A stretch of DNA of 64,000 nt from Elusimicrobiaceae bacterium (GCA_028700325.1 JAQVSV010000001.1:28085-92084); one strand, 5' to 3'. Positions 53,071 through 62,377 are shown, counted from the stretch's first letter. A program made the numbers and translations. The notes: generated by a model not told the origin, from the sequence alone.

Positions 53071-54174
53071 TTATAAAGGACACTGATAGATACGGAACCG
53101 CTTGTAAAGCCTGCCGCCCACTTCTTCGATAATATTGATCATTTTGACATTGTCTTCCAGCACCCAGCCCAGATCGCCGCCGTCCCAGCCGAGTTTCGCG
53201 GCGGTGCGGATAGCTTCGCGCACCAGCAGCAGGTCCAGCCCCAGCATCCGGTATTCTTTTTTCACGCCGAGCGTTATGAGCCGGGAAAACGTAATGTGTT
53301 TTAACTGCCAAAGAAACGGAAGGAGGTTCAGGGGTGTGAGCGAGCCGCGGGTTTTGGCCAGCGCCTGATTGATGTCCGGGATAACCAGCCCCACGCCTGC
53401 GGGCACTCCGTTTACTTCCACTATGGTGCCGTGTTCGCCTTTTAAAATCGGTTTGAGGCTTTTGGCGTCGGCTTCCACGTCGCGCCGCGAAAGCGGAATA
53501 AAACCCCAGTTTTCGCTCCACGCGTCGTTGTAAATCTCACGCATGAGGCTCATTTCCTTGTCCAGCCGGCTTATGTCGAACGGGCGTATTTTAATATTCG
53601 GCTTGCGGTCTATCCGGGCCAGTATTTTTTCCAGTCGCGGCGACATGTCCTGCTTTGTGTAGCGGATAAATGAAACGACGTCTTTCACTTTTTCCAGCCC
53701 GCAGGATGCCATCAGCTCATGATAATAGGACGGGTTCCACGGCATCATGATGACCGGCGGCAGATCGTAACCTTCGCACAGCATTCCGCAGGTGTGGTTG
53801 GTGGACGGGTTCATCGGCCCGCGCATGGCACCCAATCCCCGCGTTCCAAGAAATTCTTTCACCGCGCCGATGAGCATGCCGGCCGTTTCCGGGTTGTTTT
53901 CGCATTCGAAGAACCCGAAGAAACCGCATCTGTCGTTGTGAAAAGTGTTGTGCAGGCGGTTGACCACCGCCGCGATCCTGCCCGCGCACACACCGTCGCG
54001 CAGCGCGATAAAAAGCTTCAGTTCGCCGTTTTCCGCAAACGGGTGGCCTGGCGAGAGCAGCGCGCGCGTTTCAGCCTTGAGTTCCGGCACCCACGGGGTG
54101 TTTTTATGCAGCCGGTAGGGAAGCTCTATGAATTCCGGCAGATGGTCTTCGCCGTCCGCCAGTTCAAGCGGCAT
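53071..54174 (-). CDS. GNAT-fold-like acyltransferase candidate (possible ceramide-synthase-type N-acyltransferase)
   Basis: 367 aa soluble protein. Its stop is 3 nt from the start region of... correction: its start at 54174 lies 3 nt after the stop of the upstream Spt-like gene (54178). The C-terminal half (ITLGVKKEYRMLGLDLLLV) resembles the GNAT acyl-CoA binding core. The assignment is weak. Confidence 0.35.
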   Translation of the reverse strand: MPLELADGEDHLPEFIELPYRLHKNTPWVPELKAETRALLSPGHPFAENGELKLFIALRDGVCAGRIAAVVNRLHNTFHNDRCGFFGFFECENNPETAGMLIGAVKEFLGTRGLGAMRGPMNPSTNHTCGMLCEGYDLPPVIMMPWNPSYYHELMASCGLEKVKDVVSFIRYTKQDMSPRLEKILARIDRKPNIKIRPFDISRLDKEMSLMREIYNDAWSENWGFIPLSRRDVEADAKSLKPILKGEHGTIVEVNGVPAGVGLVIPDINQALAKTRGSLTPLNLLPFLWQLKHITFSRLITLGVKKEYRMLGLDLLLVREAIRTAAKLGWDGGDLGWVLEDNVKMINIIEEVGGRLYKRFRIYQCPL

Positions 54175-54177
54175 AAC

Positions 54178-55383
54178 CTACTTTACTTTGGCCGGCCGCG
54201 CGATGCCTATGACGGCGGCGCACTTGTCGAAAGCCGTCAGTATCCGGTCTATGTGCTCTTTGGTATGGGTCGCCATAAGCGAAACCCGGACCAGCGTGTC
54301 GGACGGCGGAACCGCCGGCGACACTACGGGGTTGGTGAAAATTCCCTCTTCCAGCAGCGCTTTCCAGAGCATGAAAACTTTCGTGTTGTCGCGCACCATG
54401 ATCGGGATAATGGGGGTTTCGGAGTGGCCGGTGTCAAAACCCAGGTCGTCGAACCCGGTTTTCAGCCGCCGGGTCATGTCCCAGAGGTTTTTGCGGCGCT
54501 GCGGTTCCTGCTCGATTATGTCAAGCGCGGTGGAAATGGAGGCTACGCACGGGGCGGGCAGAGCCGCCGAAAACATCATGGAGCGGGCGTTGTGGCGGAT
54601 ATAGTCCATAATATCGCTTTTCCCCACGCAGAACCCGCCCACGGTGGCTAACGATTTGGAGCAGGTGCCCACCACGATATCCACTTCGTCCGGGTCAATG
54701 CCGAAATGCTCGGTGGTGCCGCGCCCGTTTTTGCCGAGCACGCCGGTGGCGTGCGCGTCGTCAATCATGATGCGCGCTTTGTGCTTTTTCGTCACTTCGA
54801 GGAGAGCGGGCAGGTCGCAGATGTCGCCTTCCATGCTGAACACGCCGTCCACTATGACCAATTTGCCCGCGCTGTCGGGTATGGCGGAAAGCACGCGGTC
54901 AAGGTCGGCGGCATCGTTGTGTTTAAAGCGTTTCATTTCCGCGCCGGACAGATTCACCCCGTCCAGAATGCTGGCATGGTCCAGCTTGTCAACAATGGCG
55001 AAATCGCCCTTGCCTACAAGCGCGCCGACCGTGCCGGTGTTCATCTGGTAGCCCGTGGCGTATATCAACCCGGCTTCTTTCTGCTTGAATTTGGCGATTT
55101 TTATTTCAAGATCTTCATGAAAATGAGTGTTGCCGTTTAAAAACCGGGAACCGGCGCAGCCGGTTCCGAATTCGTCAACCGCCGTTTTCACGGCCTGTTT
55201 CATGCGGGGATCGTTGGCCAGCCCCAGGTAATTGTTCGAGCCGGCCATCACCATCATCCTGCCAAGATACATTACTTCCGGCGCCTGCTCCGACTCAAGC
55301 GGAGCGAAATAAGGGTATACCCCTTTGCTGCGCATGAGCTCCACCGTCTTGAAATCTCTGCACTTCTGAAAAATATCTGACAT
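54178..55383 (-). CDS. alpha-oxoamine synthase, serine palmitoyltransferase-like
   Basis: The PLP-lysine block GTCSKSLATVGGF is closest, from memory, to bacterial Spt GTFSKSVGTVGGF rather than BioF or Kbl. DDAHATG is present. 401 aa. Confidence 0.7.
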   Translation of the reverse strand: MSDIFQKCRDFKTVELMRSKGVYPYFAPLESEQAPEVMYLGRMMVMAGSNNYLGLANDPRMKQAVKTAVDEFGTGCAGSRFLNGNTHFHEDLEIKIAKFKQKEAGLIYATGYQMNTGTVGALVGKGDFAIVDKLDHASILDGVNLSGAEMKRFKHNDAADLDRVLSAIPDSAGKLVIVDGVFSMEGDICDLPALLEVTKKHKARIMIDDAHATGVLGKNGRGTTEHFGIDPDEVDIVVGTCSKSLATVGGFCVGKSDIMDYIRHNARSMMFSAALPAPCVASISTALDIIEQEPQRRKNLWDMTRRLKTGFDDLGFDTGHSETPIIPIMVRDNTKVFMLWKALLEEGIFTNPVVSPAVPPSDTLVRVSLMATHTKEHIDRILTAFDKCAAVIGIARPAKVK

Positions 55384-55498
55384 GTCGTGTTCCTTCCATA
55401 GGAAAACTGCCGTTATTACATTCTATAAATAAAAGACCGGGTTTGACAATTGATATGCATTGCGCGCGCGTGCCGGCAGGCCGTCGCTCCCGCGCTTG

Positions 55499-55972
55499 TC
55501 AGGCGCGGCCGGCCAGCCGGTTTATTATGCGGCTGGTGGATTTCCCTTTAACGAGCCGGATCCGCGCCGTTTTGCCGGCGTATTCCCGGCCCGCGATCTG
55601 GTTATGCGCGTAATCGGCCCCTTTGGCCAGCACGTCCGGCCGGAGCGCGCGCAGGGGTTCGGCGGGAGTGTCCTCCCCGAAAATCACCACGCGGTCCACC
55701 GCTTCGAGCGCGGCCAGCACCAGCGCGCGGTCCCGCTCGCTGTTAACGGGGCGTGCCGGGCCTTTGAGCCGCCGGACAGAAGCGTCCGAATTGAGTCCGA
55801 CTATCAATGAGTCCGCCGTTTTCCGGGCGCCTTCCAATATTCTTACATGACCCGGGTGCAGTATGTCGAAGCAGCCGTTGGTAAAAGCCACCGTTTTGCC
55901 TTTGCGCGCCTGCGCCCTGCGCCACGATACCGCCTGGCGCAGGGTGATTATTTTGGTTTTCGCGGGTGTCAT
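55499..55972 (-). CDS. D-glycero-beta-D-manno-heptose-1-phosphate adenylyltransferase (stand-alone RfaE domain II / HldC-like cytidylyltransferase)
   Basis: VAFTNGCFDILHPGHVRILEGA ... VGLNSDASV ... VLAKGADY. 157 aa. The start overlaps the accC stop (ATGA). Confidence 0.78.
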   Translation of the reverse strand: MTPAKTKIITLRQAVSWRRAQARKGKTVAFTNGCFDILHPGHVRILEGARKTADSLIVGLNSDASVRRLKGPARPVNSERDRALVLAALEAVDRVVIFGEDTPAEPLRALRPDVLAKGADYAHNQIAGREYAGKTARIRLVKGKSTSRIINRLAGRA

Positions 55973-57357
55973 GCAGGCACTTTAACCTTTGTTCCGGGTG
56001 TTTGCGCGGGCGCGGCGGAAAACATTTTTTCCACCAGTCCCGTATCGGCGCTGCCTTCTTTAAATTCAGGCCGGTCCAGCAGCTGAAGATGGAACGGAAT
56101 GGTGGATTTCACGCCGCTGATATGGAATTCCGAAAGCGCGCGTCTGCCGCGGCTTATCGCGCCGGCGCGGTCCGGCGCGCTCACTATCAGCTTGGCGATC
56201 ATGCTGTCGTAATAACTGGGGATTTCGTAGCCGGGGTAGATGCCGGTGTCAACCCTTACGCCCGGCCCGCCCGGCGCGATCCATTCGGAGATGGCCCCGG
56301 GCGCGGCGGCGAAATCTCTGCCGGGATCCTCGGCGTTGATGCGGAATTCGATCGCATGACACCGTATTTCCGCCGCGCGCTCCTGGGTAATGTGCAGTTT
56401 CTTGTTCTGGGCTATATCCAGCTGCAGCTGCACCAGGTCAACCCCGGAAACCGTTTCCGTAACCGGATGTTCCACCTGAAGCCGGGTGTTCACTTCCATG
56501 AAATAGAATTCGCCACGGCTGTCCATGAGGAACTCGACCGTGCCGACCCCGGTGTAGCCCGACGCCCTGATCAGCCGCTTTGCCGCCTGCATAAGGCCGG
56601 CCCGGATCGCCGGCGTGACCGCCGGCGCGGGCGATTCTTCCACCAGTTTCTGGTGCCGCCGCTGCACGCTGCAGTCGCGTTCCGGGAAAGCTATTATGCT
56701 GCCGTGGCTGTCCGCCGCGATCTGGATTTCGATGTGGCGCGGTTTTTCCACATACCGTTCAACGTAAACACCGTCGTCGCCGAACGCCGCTTTCGCTTCC
56801 GTGCGCGCCGTCTGAAGTGCTTTTTCGAATTCCGCCTCCGTGCGCGCTATTCTCATGCCTTTGCCGCCGCCGCCGGCCGAGGCTTTGATCATGACCGGAA
56901 ACCCTACTTTTTTCGCTTCCTCCAGCGCGTTTTCATGCACATGCTCTTTTGTGCCCGGCACGATCGGCACCTTGTGTTCCACAGCCAGTTTCCGTGCCGC
57001 GGCTTTGTAGCCAAGCAGCGCGATCGTTTCAGGCGTGGGGCCTATGAACACCATGCCCGCGTCGGTCACGGCTTTTGAAAAGGCAGGGTTTTCGGAAAGG
57101 AACCCGTAACCGGGATGCACCGCGTCGGCGCCGGCCAGTTTGGCGGCGGCGACTACTGAGGGAATGTCCAGATAGCTTGACCGCGCCGGCGCGGCCCCTA
57201 TGCAGACTGCTTCGTCCGCCTGGCGGACGTGCAATGCGCCCCGGTCGGCTTCCGAATAAACCGCCACGGACAGGATGTCGTTTTCCTTGAGCGCGCGGAT
57301 TATCCGCAGGGCTATTTCTCCGCGATTTGCGACCAGCACTTTTTTAAACGGTATCAT
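55969..57357 (-). CDS. accC: acetyl-CoA carboxylase biotin carboxylase subunit
   Basis: I place the start at ATG 57357 (MIPFKKVLVANRGEIALRIIRA). The ATP-grasp block GGGGKGMRIA and EMNTRLQVEH-like FMEVNTRLQVEHPVTE are present. Confidence 0.92.
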   Translation of the reverse strand: MIPFKKVLVANRGEIALRIIRALKENDILSVAVYSEADRGALHVRQADEAVCIGAAPARSSYLDIPSVVAAAKLAGADAVHPGYGFLSENPAFSKAVTDAGMVFIGPTPETIALLGYKAAARKLAVEHKVPIVPGTKEHVHENALEEAKKVGFPVMIKASAGGGGKGMRIARTEAEFEKALQTARTEAKAAFGDDGVYVERYVEKPRHIEIQIAADSHGSIIAFPERDCSVQRRHQKLVEESPAPAVTPAIRAGLMQAAKRLIRASGYTGVGTVEFLMDSRGEFYFMEVNTRLQVEHPVTETVSGVDLVQLQLDIAQNKKLHITQERAAEIRCHAIEFRINAEDPGRDFAAAPGAISEWIAPGGPGVRVDTGIYPGYEIPSYYDSMIAKLIVSAPDRAGAISRGRRALSEFHISGVKSTIPFHLQLLDRPEFKEGSADTGLVEKMFSAAPAQTPGTKVKVPA

Positions 57358-57374
57358 GCTCCAGCTCCTTGGGA

Positions 57375-58658
57375 TTATTGTTCCATTCTGATTGCGCCCG
57401 CCCAAAGGTCCACGGAAAGCGTCCAGATGTTTTTTGGGGGGATAACTTTACCTTTCGAACCTTTGCCGGCGCCCAGTGCCAGCGTTACTTTATATACTCC
57501 GGGCGTTTCCGGCGCGGCGCGCCACTGCTCGGCCGGAGCGGTCAGATGCCCCGCCGAGCGGGCGATGTTATTCTTCTGTTCTTTCCAGATTTCCTCAAGA
57601 GTGAACGAGGAAGGGGTTTCCTTGTAATTCCGGCCGAAAGCGATGGCTTCTTTGGTCGCACGGCCGGCCAGTATGTCAAGAGTTCTCTGCGCCGGGCCGC
57701 GCTCCTGCGGTCCGGTGCATTGTTCCGCGGTTTCCCGGGCCATGGCAAGCAGTCCGGTTCGGTCAGCCGAACTGTCAAACGTCTGCGGGATCGCCAGCCT
57801 GGCAAGGCAGGCGATCGGAGTGGATATGTCGGGTATGGACAGGATTTTTTCAAAACGGTTTCTTGCGTCGTCACTGCGGCCCAGCTTGAGCTCGCTTGTG
57901 CCCAGATAATACAGGCAGGTGGCTGATTCCGAGGAGGAAAATCCGGCCGGGTATTCCTGCTTGAGCAATGCGTCGGTGCAGGTTTCTATTGCGTCCTTAT
58001 GCAGGCCGGCCGAGAACTGCGCGCGGCATAACAGCGCGTTGGTGGCCGGATTGAACGGATCAAGCTTTCTCGCCGTTTTTGCCAGATGCAGCGCCTGCTC
58101 GGGCTGGTCGGCGGCGATAGCGGCTTCGGTGTTCGCCATCAGGTCGGGTATGTACGGTTTTACCCATTTGCCGTTTTCGCTTAAAAATGAAGTGTAGGCG
58201 TCTTCGCCGGTTTCCGTGCGGTATTTAACCACCGCGCCGGCATCTGTTCTTTTAAATACGGTTATGTCGCGCGCGGCGGCAGGGGTTGCCGATTGCAATG
58301 CGGCGAAGCGGGGCGCGGTGCAGTATTTTTTCGAGCCGCCCGACAGGCGCGCGTACGCTTTGAGGTAATTGCCGGAGCGCAGTGCCTCGAAATAGCCGTT
58401 TACCGCAGAATCCAGCTGGCGCTGCCGCAATGCCGGGCGCAGCAGCACGAAAGCCGCCAGACCCGTCAGCAGCGCGAAAAACAGCACGATGAACAGAAAT
58501 TTAAGAGCCGCCGATTCCGGCTGGCCCGCCTGCGTGGAGCGCTGCTCCGCAGTCGCGGCTGCCGGCAGAGGCGCGCCGCAATATACGCAAAAACCGAGCG
58601 CAGCGGAATTCGTTTTGCCGCAACTGTCGCAGATGGCCGCTTCCGGGGGTTCTGGCAT
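57375..58658 (-). CDS. zinc-ribbon / single-TM / TPR-like extracytoplasmic protein of unknown function
   Basis: N-terminal ICDSCGKTN..CVYCGAPL (double CxxC). TM helix LKFLFIVLFFALLTGLAAFVLL. Helical-repeat C-terminal region. It sits between the BCCP-like gene and accC. Confidence 0.5.
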   Translation of the reverse strand: MPEPPEAAICDSCGKTNSAALGFCVYCGAPLPAAATAEQRSTQAGQPESAALKFLFIVLFFALLTGLAAFVLLRPALRQRQLDSAVNGYFEALRSGNYLKAYARLSGGSKKYCTAPRFAALQSATPAAARDITVFKRTDAGAVVKYRTETGEDAYTSFLSENGKWVKPYIPDLMANTEAAIAADQPEQALHLAKTARKLDPFNPATNALLCRAQFSAGLHKDAIETCTDALLKQEYPAGFSSSESATCLYYLGTSELKLGRSDDARNRFEKILSIPDISTPIACLARLAIPQTFDSSADRTGLLAMARETAEQCTGPQERGPAQRTLDILAGRATKEAIAFGRNYKETPSSFTLEEIWKEQKNNIARSAGHLTAPAEQWRAAPETPGVYKVTLALGAGKGSKGKVIPPKNIWTLSVDLWAGAIRMEQ

Positions 58659-58666
58659 TTGGCTGG

Positions 58667-59044
58667 TCAGCTGGGTTCGATGAAATACAGCGGCTGCCCG
58701 TAATGGGCCGGCGCGCCGTCCTCCACGCAGACAATGCGGATTATCCCGTCAGTGTCGGCGAGAACGGGCTTTTCGGTGTTGAGCACTTCTATATAACCCA
58801 GGCTGTCGCCCCGGGAAATGCGCGCGCCTTCGCTGAAAACTGCGGTTTTGCCTTTTACGCTGCGCCGGTAGATGCCTACGCCCGGCGAGGAAATCGTGGT
58901 GTACGCGCAGGCCGGCAGTTCGGTGCGGGGAAGCGCTTCTTCTGTTCGCAGTTCAAAACCCGCCCGGCCTTTTTTGTAGATTAACTCCGCCAGATCGGTG
59001 GTTTTAAGCCAGCCGCTTATGTCGCTGAGGGTTTTTGTGTTCAT
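58667..59044 (-). CDS. BCCP-like biotinyl/lipoyl-domain protein lacking the canonical (A/V)MKM biotinylation motif
   Basis: I place the start at ATG 59044 (MNTKTLSDISGWLKTTDLAELIY). The domain is SPGVGIYRR...GDSLGYIEVLNTEKPVLADTDGII, versus E. coli [24 protein letters not shown]. The position of the biotinyl Lys is occupied by Asn. Confidence 0.55.
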   Translation of the reverse strand: MNTKTLSDISGWLKTTDLAELIYKKGRAGFELRTEEALPRTELPACAYTTISSPGVGIYRRSVKGKTAVFSEGARISRGDSLGYIEVLNTEKPVLADTDGIIRIVCVEDGAPAHYGQPLYFIEPS

Positions 59045-59063
59045 GGGGTTGCTCCTGTAGTGG

Positions 59064-59480
59064 TTAAAGCCCCGCTTTTTTGGGGTCGAATGCGCGGGGC
59101 AGCAGATCGGCCAGCGTGAACCGCTGGAGCCGGTATTTGCCGGTTTCGTCATCCACGTTTGCCGTGGTGACGGGGGATGAGCCGGCCATAAATTCCATCA
59201 TAACCTGGCGGCACGCGCCGCACGGGTTTGACACTTTTGCCGCTACGCAAAGGGCTTTGATCTTCGTTTCGCCCGCCGCTATCGCCGTGAATATCGCGGT
59301 CCGTTCGGCGCAGTTGCTCAGCCCGTAGGACGCGTTTTCCACATTGCAGCCGCTGTAGATTTTACCCGAACCGCCCAGCGCTGCCGCGCCCACCTTGTAC
59401 TCCGAATACGGTGAATAGGAGTGCGCGCGCGCCGCTATGGCGGTTTCTATGAGCTGCTGTTCAATTTCGGGTGTAAACAA
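59064..59480 (-). CDS. cdd: cytidine deaminase (TTG start)
   Basis: Zinc ligand motifs CAERTAI and PCGACRQVMMEF. 138 aa. GGAG lies 7 nt before the TTG. Confidence 0.86.
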   Translation of the reverse strand: MFTPEIEQQLIETAIAARAHSYSPYSEYKVGAAALGGSGKIYSGCNVENASYGLSNCAERTAIFTAIAAGETKIKALCVAAKVSNPCGACRQVMMEFMAGSSPVTTANVDDETGKYRLQRFTLADLLPRAFDPKKAGL

Positions 59481-59539
59481 TTGTTGTTCTCCATTTCCTG
59501 CCGGATATCCATATTCTAGTATATATCAATAGCAAAAAC

Positions 59540-59570
59540 AAAAAGCGGCCGGAAATTCCGGCCGCTTTTT
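59540..59570 (-). terminator. rho-independent (bidirectional) terminator between repeat copy 2 and cdd
   Basis: AAAAAGCGGCCGGAAATTCCGGCCGCTTTTT. On the minus strand it is followed by TTTTTGTTTTTG. Confidence 0.6.
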
Positions 59571-59574
59571 CGTT

Positions 59575-59774
59575 TTATAAATTCAGCTCACAAAAACCCG
59601 GCGCCGGCCGGCACGACATAATGATTGCCGGCATGGCACAGCTCAAGCAGGGGTATGGAGTGTGTAACCCTGCGCAAGCAGGGCAAACAAAATCTGGACC
59701 GAAAGACCCCCCCGGCTTGCCGGTAAAGCGTAATAACAACCGGCAGGCCAATGGCACAGCCGGGGGAGTTTCAT
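59575..59774. repeat. copy 2 of the duplicated structured intergenic element
   Basis: It has the same ends (TTATAAATTC ... GGGGGAGTTTCAT) and the same identical blocks as 12098-12278. It carries a 20-nt insertion and starts 5 nt from the mtnP stop codon. Confidence 0.55.
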
Positions 59775-59779
59775 TTGAT

Positions 59780-60676
59780 TCAGGCCTGTAATTCGCCGAG
59801 AAACAGGGCCAGCCGTTTTTTTGCCGCCGCGGGTATCAGTTTCCGGTCGGTCGGGCTGGCGCCTTTAAGCGCCGCGCGGCAGGCGCAGCCGGTGTGCGTT
59901 TTCGCTATTTCCGGTATGGCGCGCGCCAGCAGTTTTCCGGCCTGTTCGGAGTTGCGCGACATGATCTCCAGCACTTTGCCGGCGGTCACCTGCTCGTTCT
60001 CTTTCCACACGTCGTAGTCGGTTACCATCGAAATCGGCGCGTAGCATAGCCCCGCCTCGCGCGCCAGTTTCGCTTCCGGGCAGGCTGTCATGCCGATAAG
60101 CGAATAACCCATCCGGCGGTGAAATTCGCTTTCCGCTTTCGTAGAAAAAGCCGGGCCTTCCATGCAGACCAGCGTGCCGCCCCGGCGGCACGCTATGCCG
60201 AGCGTTTCGGCCAGCGAATAGAGCCGGTCCGACAGGCTGTCGCAGAACGGGCGCGAGAAGTCAACGTGCGCCACAACGCCCCTGTCGAAAAAAGTGCCCG
60301 GCCGGCCGGCCGTGCGGTCAACCAGCTGGTCGGGAAACACGAAGCAGCCCGGCGCCAGTTCTTCTTTCAGCGAGCCGACGGCGCTTACGCTCAGCAGGGT
60401 TTTTACGCCCAGCGCTTTAAACGCCCAGATGTTTGCCCGCTGCGGCAGTTCCGACGGGTTGAGCAGGTGCCCCTGCCCGTGCCGGGGCAGAAAAGCCACC
60501 CGCGTTCCGTCCAGTTCGCCCAGCGTAAACGCGCCGGAAGGCGCGCCGAACGGGGTTTTAACGGTCACTTCGCGGCGCGCGCGCAGGCCGTCGAGCCGGT
60601 ATATTCCGCTGCCCCCTATCACGCCTATTTCCGCGCGCGGCAGACCGCCTTTCGCGGGTTTCTTTTTTTCTGGCAT
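59780..60676 (-). CDS. mtnP: S-methyl-5'-thioadenosine phosphorylase
   Basis: IGVIGGSGIY..., FLPRHGQGH, GMTACPEAKLAREAGLCY and MVTDYD are typical of MTAP/PNP family 2. Confidence 0.85.
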   Translation of the reverse strand: MPEKKKPAKGGLPRAEIGVIGGSGIYRLDGLRARREVTVKTPFGAPSGAFTLGELDGTRVAFLPRHGQGHLLNPSELPQRANIWAFKALGVKTLLSVSAVGSLKEELAPGCFVFPDQLVDRTAGRPGTFFDRGVVAHVDFSRPFCDSLSDRLYSLAETLGIACRRGGTLVCMEGPAFSTKAESEFHRRMGYSLIGMTACPEAKLAREAGLCYAPISMVTDYDVWKENEQVTAGKVLEIMSRNSEQAGKLLARAIPEIAKTHTGCACRAALKGASPTDRKLIPAAAKKRLALFLGELQA

Positions 60677-60700
60677 GGTCGTTTTCGCTCCGGGCCGGGA

Positions 60701-62377
60701 TTACAGCTCGTGGCCCTGGTAAAGGGGAAAGCGGGCGCACAGCTCTTCCACTTTCCGGGCCACTTTGGCCAGATAGGCGTCGTTATCGTGGTGTCCGAGC
60801 GCGTCGTCTATCAGCTCCGCCACTTCGCCCATCTCCGCCTCTTTCATGCCGCGGGTGGTGATGGCGGGCGTGCCGATGCGCACTCCGCTGGTCACCATGG
60901 GCGGCTGAGGATCGTAGGGGATGGTGTTTTTGTTGACGGTGATGCCGGCCTTGTCGAGCGCGATTTCCGCGTCTTTTCCGGTAAGATTCTTCGAGCGCAG
61001 ATCCACGGAGCAGAGATGGCAGTCGGTTCCGCCGGACACGATCCTGTAGCCCCGGTCCACCAGCTCTTTCACCAGTGTTTTGGCGTTGGCCATGACCTGT
61101 TTCTGGTAGGTTTTGAATTCAGGCTTGAGCGCTTCGCCGAAACACACGGCCTTGCCCGCAATGACGTGCATCAGCGGCCCGCCCTGATTGCCGGGGAAGT
61201 TGGTGCGCGCCACGGCCTTTTTATGCTCTTCCCTGCACAGCACCAGCCCGCCGCGCGGCCCGCGCAGGGTTTTGTGGGTGGTGGTGGTCACGCAGTCGGC
61301 GTAGGGAACCGGCGAGGGATAAACGCCCGCCGCCACCAGCCCCGCGTAATGCGCTATGTCGCAGACCAGATACGCGCCCACGCTGTCGGCCATCTTTTTA
61401 AAGCGCGCCCAGTCGAAGATCCGCGAATAGTTCGACGCGCCCGCCATGATCAGTTTCGGGCGGTGCTGCTCTACCAGCTTCTCCGCTTCCTCGTAATCAA
61501 TCGTTTCGGTGTCGCGGCTGACGTTCATCGCCACGATGTTGAAGTATTTGCCGGAAAAATTGAGCGGATGTCCGTGCGACAGGTGTCCGCCGTGCGACAG
61601 GTTGAGCCCCAGCACCGTGTCCCCCGGTTTGATGAGCGAAAGGTAGGCGCAGATATTAGCCTGCGTGCCGGAATGGGGCTGCACGTTGGCGTAGTCCGCC
61701 CCGAACAGTTTCTGCGCGCGCTCGATGGCCAGCGTTTCCACGATATCCACATATTCGCAGCCGCCGTAATAGCGTTTGCCGGGATAGCCTTCGGCGTATT
61801 TGTTGGTAAGCAGCGAGCCCTGCGCCTCGATAATCGCTTGGGAGGTGTAGTTCTCCGATGCGATGAGCTCCAGCTTGGTCTGCTGCCGGATAACTTCCTT
61901 GCGGATAGCGGAATATACTTCCGGATCCTGGGTTTTTACATGTTCGTACATTTTTTGATCTCCTTGCGGTAATTCTGTCAAAATCCTGTCAGCCGCGGTT
62001 TTTATCAGGCCCAGCGCGGCTTCATAGGCCGCCGGGCCCCGGCCGAACGGATCGGTTATCTCCAGTGTCAGGCCGAACAGTTCCGTTTTCCGCGCCGCCT
62101 GCGGAAACATTCGCGCCAAGTCCGTTTTATGGCGGGTTTCCATTACAAAAACGCGATCGGCTTTTGCAATGTCGCGCGCGGTCACTTTACGCGGCGTGTG
62201 CGCAAACCCGGCCAGTCCTGACCTGGCCAGCGCGGCAAACACTTCCTCCGGCACCTGCCCGCCGGGCCTGAGTCCGCGCGTCGCTACCTGCGCTCTGGCG
62301 CCGGCCCGCCGCGCCAGATACCGCCCCGCCATGACGCTGCGGCAGGTGTTGCCAGCGCATATTATGAGTATATTCAT
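60701..62377 (-). CDS. glyA: low-molecular-weight protein (Tyr/Arg) phosphatase fused in frame to serine hydroxymethyltransferase
   Basis: Residues 1-140 are [17 protein letters not shown] (the CX5R(S) P-loop) plus the DP general-acid motif ITDPFG. From Met143 (ATG 61951, preceded by GGAGA) there is a full GlyA: [32 protein letters not shown]. There is no stop codon between the two parts. Confidence 0.8.
   Translation of the reverse strand: MNILIICAGNTCRSVMAGRYLARRAGARAQVATRGLRPGGQVPEEVFAALARSGLAGFAHTPRKVTARDIAKADRVFVMETRHKTDLARMFPQAARKTELFGLTLEITDPFGRGPAAYEAALGLIKTAADRILTELPQGDQKMYEHVKTQDPEVYSAIRKEVIRQQTKLELIASENYTSQAIIEAQGSLLTNKYAEGYPGKRYYGGCEYVDIVETLAIERAQKLFGADYANVQPHSGTQANICAYLSLIKPGDTVLGLNLSHGGHLSHGHPLNFSGKYFNIVAMNVSRDTETIDYEEAEKLVEQHRPKLIMAGASNYSRIFDWARFKKMADSVGAYLVCDIAHYAGLVAAGVYPSPVPYADCVTTTTHKTLRGPRGGLVLCREEHKKAVARTNFPGNQGGPLMHVIAGKAVCFGEALKPEFKTYQKQVMANAKTLVKELVDRGYRIVSGGTDCHLCSVDLRSKNLTGKDAEIALDKAGITVNKNTIPYDPQPPMVTSGVRIGTPAITTRGMKEAEMGEVAELIDDALGHHDNDAYLAKVARKVEELCARFPLYQGHEL

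Noticed and set aside
12098-59774. The two repeat copies are direct repeats 47.5 kb apart, which could look like attL/attR of an integrated element.
   Set aside because: The interval is full of housekeeping genes (ptb-buk, metF, ychF, tRNA-Glu, accBC, cdd). The repeats are diverged rather than identical. No integrase is present.
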